Part shown: positions 60,507 through 64,000 of the stretch, piece by piece
How positions within the stretch are numbered: position 1 is the stretch's first letter
Layout: each line of letters starts with the position of its first letter
DNA from: Phoronis australis
Taxonomy: Eukaryota > Animalia > Phoronida
Direction: 5' to 3'
DNA: 64,000 bases
Assembly (NCBI GenBank): GCA_002633005.1
Contig: NMRA01000188.1
Coordinates: 596,377-660,376, forward strand
The notes under the pieces: generated by a model
Told to the model about the DNA's origin: nothing
What the model saw: the letters and a program-made list of their open reading frames with translations, nothing else
Databases searched by the model: none
Translations under genes and position numbers: made by a program

Positions 60507-63500
60507 GTGAGCTGAAATCTTAATTCTCTGAAAAAGAAGAAAAATAATTTTAAGTAGACGAGAAACGTTCCACAAAATTTTCATAAAATTCTAGCTTCAA
60601 AGAAAAAATAGTGGAAGCGTGTTTCAAGTGTGTAATTGAATCGCTTCAACCGTACGAAGCGCCTCGTTTCTACAAGCATTGTCATCAATCTGACACACTG
60701 ATGAGTATGTTTTCGTTTTTAACCAGCAAAAAGCTGCTATAAATGCATAAATAACACAAAACAGTAGCATTTATTCATTTATTATACGCTATATAATTCA
60801 TGACCCGACACCCGTTTGTATACACACACTTTCTTTTTTATTATTTTATTATAACCGTTAATACCCCCAATAGTGAGGTCTATAGAGTGACTATAGATAT
60901 ATTGGACTTATCATTAGAGACGATCTGCCTGTGTGTAAATTGGCGTTAATATATGACTAATTGGGAGCACATAAATCTTATTTATCATTAAAGCAATCCT
61001 TTGGCAGCGTTTCTTACACTATAGCTTACTTGTCATGAGAGAGATATTCACGTATGGTCAGCGAATATTGGTTATGAGACTCGTGTGTGCTGATTTTTGT
61101 GGAGTTAAGTGCAGAGGAAGAATTAAACGGAACAAATAAGTGTCAATTTGACATTTTACTTTTAATTTATAGTTTTGAAAATGTCAATTTTAGCCCTTTC
61201 CCTGGATTATTTTTACACTTTGTTTTTTTTTTCCACTTTTTTATGTCATCGTTTTGTATTCAAGACATTTTTCAAATTAATAATCAAAATGCAAACGAAA
61301 CGTCAACGACTTTTTGAGACAATTCACATGATTGTCTTGCCGGTGTCTACATCCGGGATATACGTTAAGTATACTCTCAAACATACCAAACAGTCAAGGA
61401 TAACTGAACTTTCAGGTTTTAAGCATAAAACTCGTAGTAAAGCTGGCTCTGGGTCAAAGCACAGTCTCACGTTTCGTCATTTATCCAGATTACTCATTGA
61501 CAGAGAAATGGCTACGACATTGACATGGGCACCGTATTGTTGTTATTTATTGTTTATAATTAGATACTATCCCTCGATTTCGCAGGCGTCGACAGCCTGG
61601 CTTCGTCTGAGGAGTTCTTTTCATTGTTTACAAAATGTTAAAGATCTCACCTTCATCTTGTCCTATGCATGTCGCCCACCGGCGACCTCAAAGCATTTGA
61701 TTATCCGATAAAATCGCTCCAAATCTCCGCTGCACAATACTAACGGTTTAACTTTAACGCAAAATTAAGTCCGATGTTTGTATTTAGAACACGTCTCTTT
61801 CATGCGCTCAATCACACAGTCGCATTAGGAGGAAATTATTAAATAAAAGAAATGTATTGTAATGATCCAGGCCGGCGGCGCCGGGTAACTATTACCGATT
61901 CAGGTGAACTTGATACCCACTGTTATCTAGCTTACCTGGTCATCTGGACAAAATACCTGACCACGATTGAGACCGAAAAGCTGTATATCCAAAGTATTTG
62001 GAATCACACCAACACAAATGCATTGAAGACTTTTTTATTAAGAATAAGTAAAAACAAAACGCTGATTAAAAGCCTGCAACATCTGCACCAGCCTAAAACG
62101 CGTGCGATTACTCAGTACGTTCTATTCAATAAAATACCTGCGCTACATATTTAAATGTATGTATAGGTTAAGCGTTTGACAGTTTCATCCGATACCATAT
62201 AGCAGGCAAAATAACGTGCTTTGTAATCACGGCAAATTTTTGTTACTTTTTAATAACCTTGAAATAAATTTGTTACGTAGATAAATTTCGCGAAAACAAA
62301 ACTGGAAAATCGCATGCATCATTTTCAGGTATAAGCGTAATACACTGAAGCTAGGAACCAGACTGAAGTGAGCTAGCTCTAAATTAATTTGGCATGAGTC
62401 AATCCGTTACACTGGTCATCTTCATTACTAGTCGTTTATTGCTGACTTCTAACAATACGTGAATACATGTGCTATGATTCACTATGGGTATTTACTACAA
62501 AATGACCGTCTCAATTTAACAAACCCCATCGCCAGGCGCGCTTGTTTTCAATTGGCGTGGTAAGATACACAACCGTTTGAGTGGAGGCGTGAAGTTACGT
62601 AACTGGTCGTAAGTGAATGAAATGAGAGAAATTTATTTTGGAAGAAGAAAAATGACATAAAAAGAAATCAAGTACGTATCTTTAAAAACACGGAAATCGT
62701 TTTTTTACGGATTACATTCACATCTATTTTGTACATAGATATTTCAACAGAAATTTATCCAGACAACGGCAGAACTAAAGCTGTTTCTTGCATTATAAAA
62801 TTTGTAACAATATCAAGTTTAGAAGGAGCAGGTTTGTTTTGTAATGATACCTGATATCGTGTTTTTCGTTACATGCTTTTTGTTTTATTTGAAAACGCAT
62901 CGTTGTGTTTACCATTTGACTATAACTAAATCACAACATAGTACATAATGCTGAAAGTTGGAATAGTTTTCTTGAATTTTAACATTAGTTTTTAGACTAA
63001 GAAACTATTTTAGTTTGCCATAAAAGAATAAGTGTAAAAACGTCGTCACGTTTTCCCGTTAGTAACAATGTAAAAAATGTTCTGTTTGTTCCGTAGCAAG
63101 TCAAAAGTAAATCGTCAATTGCCAGCTTTACAAAAATAATGACGTTGACTTTCAGTAGATTTTAATCCAGACATAATATGTTCTTAGATTTCAATGAATA
63201 CAAATTTTCCAAGTTTTAAATTGACATGTTCTAAATTTTTTATTGAAATCTAAAAGAGTTTTCCCGGTCTCGACCCTGATCATGTTTTTCATCTACCAAT
63301 GTCAGTTAAAATTCCTGACAAAATGTTTTGAGTTGAAGGATCATAACAAGTCAACCTTGCCTTAGTTTATAAACATTAATGAAGCATGCAGGCGTACGCA
63401 CGTGTGCGACTCTCGTTTACAGGCTCTGGATTCGAAAAAAAACAACATAGGTTACAGCTTTTGAAAAACAGAGATATTGAAAGTCTCTGTACTTCAATTT

Positions 63501-64000
63501 TGAACCTGATATGGAACTTTATTCTATCTTACATTCGATTGCAGGATTATTTTTCAAAAACAGAAACTGTTGAAATGAATTTGAATGCAAAAGCTCATAT
63601 TTGAAAACGTTAAATGAAAGATAGTGTGTTTTTCAGATTGAATATTGTTAAAATAAACTGTTGTCGAATATCTTCAGAATTTGCGGAGTTTTGGTGATTA
63701 AATTTTCGCTTAAAATTTGTTAAATCAAAAAAGTACACATACATTCAAAATGAACTCATAAGTAATTTTTCATGTTTGGAAACGTTTAATAAAGTATAGC
63801 GTTAAGTTTTGATCACAGGATTTTTTAAGATAATTGCTGACATTTGTGTGGTTAAATTTCTCGAGAACATGTAATTCTCGACAGTTAAGACATTCGCTTT
63901 GTATATGTCTGTCATGATAACAGAATCAATAAAGAATTTTTTCGATAATTTTCTTATTAAAACCTGTCAGTCTCCGGTAGACTTAATCTAGCTGATTGAG

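Noticed and set aside
61087-62154. ORFs in Cdx intron 1 (178 aa, 100 aa)
   Set aside because: No homeodomain or other motif, composition typical of AT-rich non-coding DNA, and no KTRTKDKY exon seen in the window.

Overview
This is AT-rich, intron- and transposon-rich animal genomic DNA, probably from a marine invertebrate. An ambulacrarian such as a hemichordate is my inference; the sequence does not prove it. It is not prokaryotic and has no CRISPR array. Two genes are supported. (1) A minus-strand IQCM-like gene (IQ motif containing M). I spliced it by hand into 29 GT-AG exons with consistent phase from 54937 to 15037: 4533 nt, about 1510 aa. It has three IQ motifs, an IQCM-type C-terminus and a long N-terminal extension rich in RPx[S/T]A motifs. 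(2) Exon 1 of the ParaHox gene Cdx/caudal (60014-60506, +), head-to-head with the first gene, ending in the YDWMKK hexapeptide; the homeobox lies beyond the window. The introns and flanks contain a perfect 44 x 32 bp tandem array, TTAA-flanked (Kolobok-like) non-autonomous elements, a HINE/DINE-like element carrying CTCF-like motifs, and an inverted tRNA-derived SINE pair. Intron 3 holds a nested TE cluster: a Tx1/L1-type LINE fragment interrupted by a TSD-flanked Penelope-like insert with a hammerhead-ribozyme core, plus THAP and HIRAN-like remnants. Two near-identical duplications abut single N characters and are most likely haplotype or assembly artefacts. I found no clearly new multi-gene system; the best leads are listed as findings.
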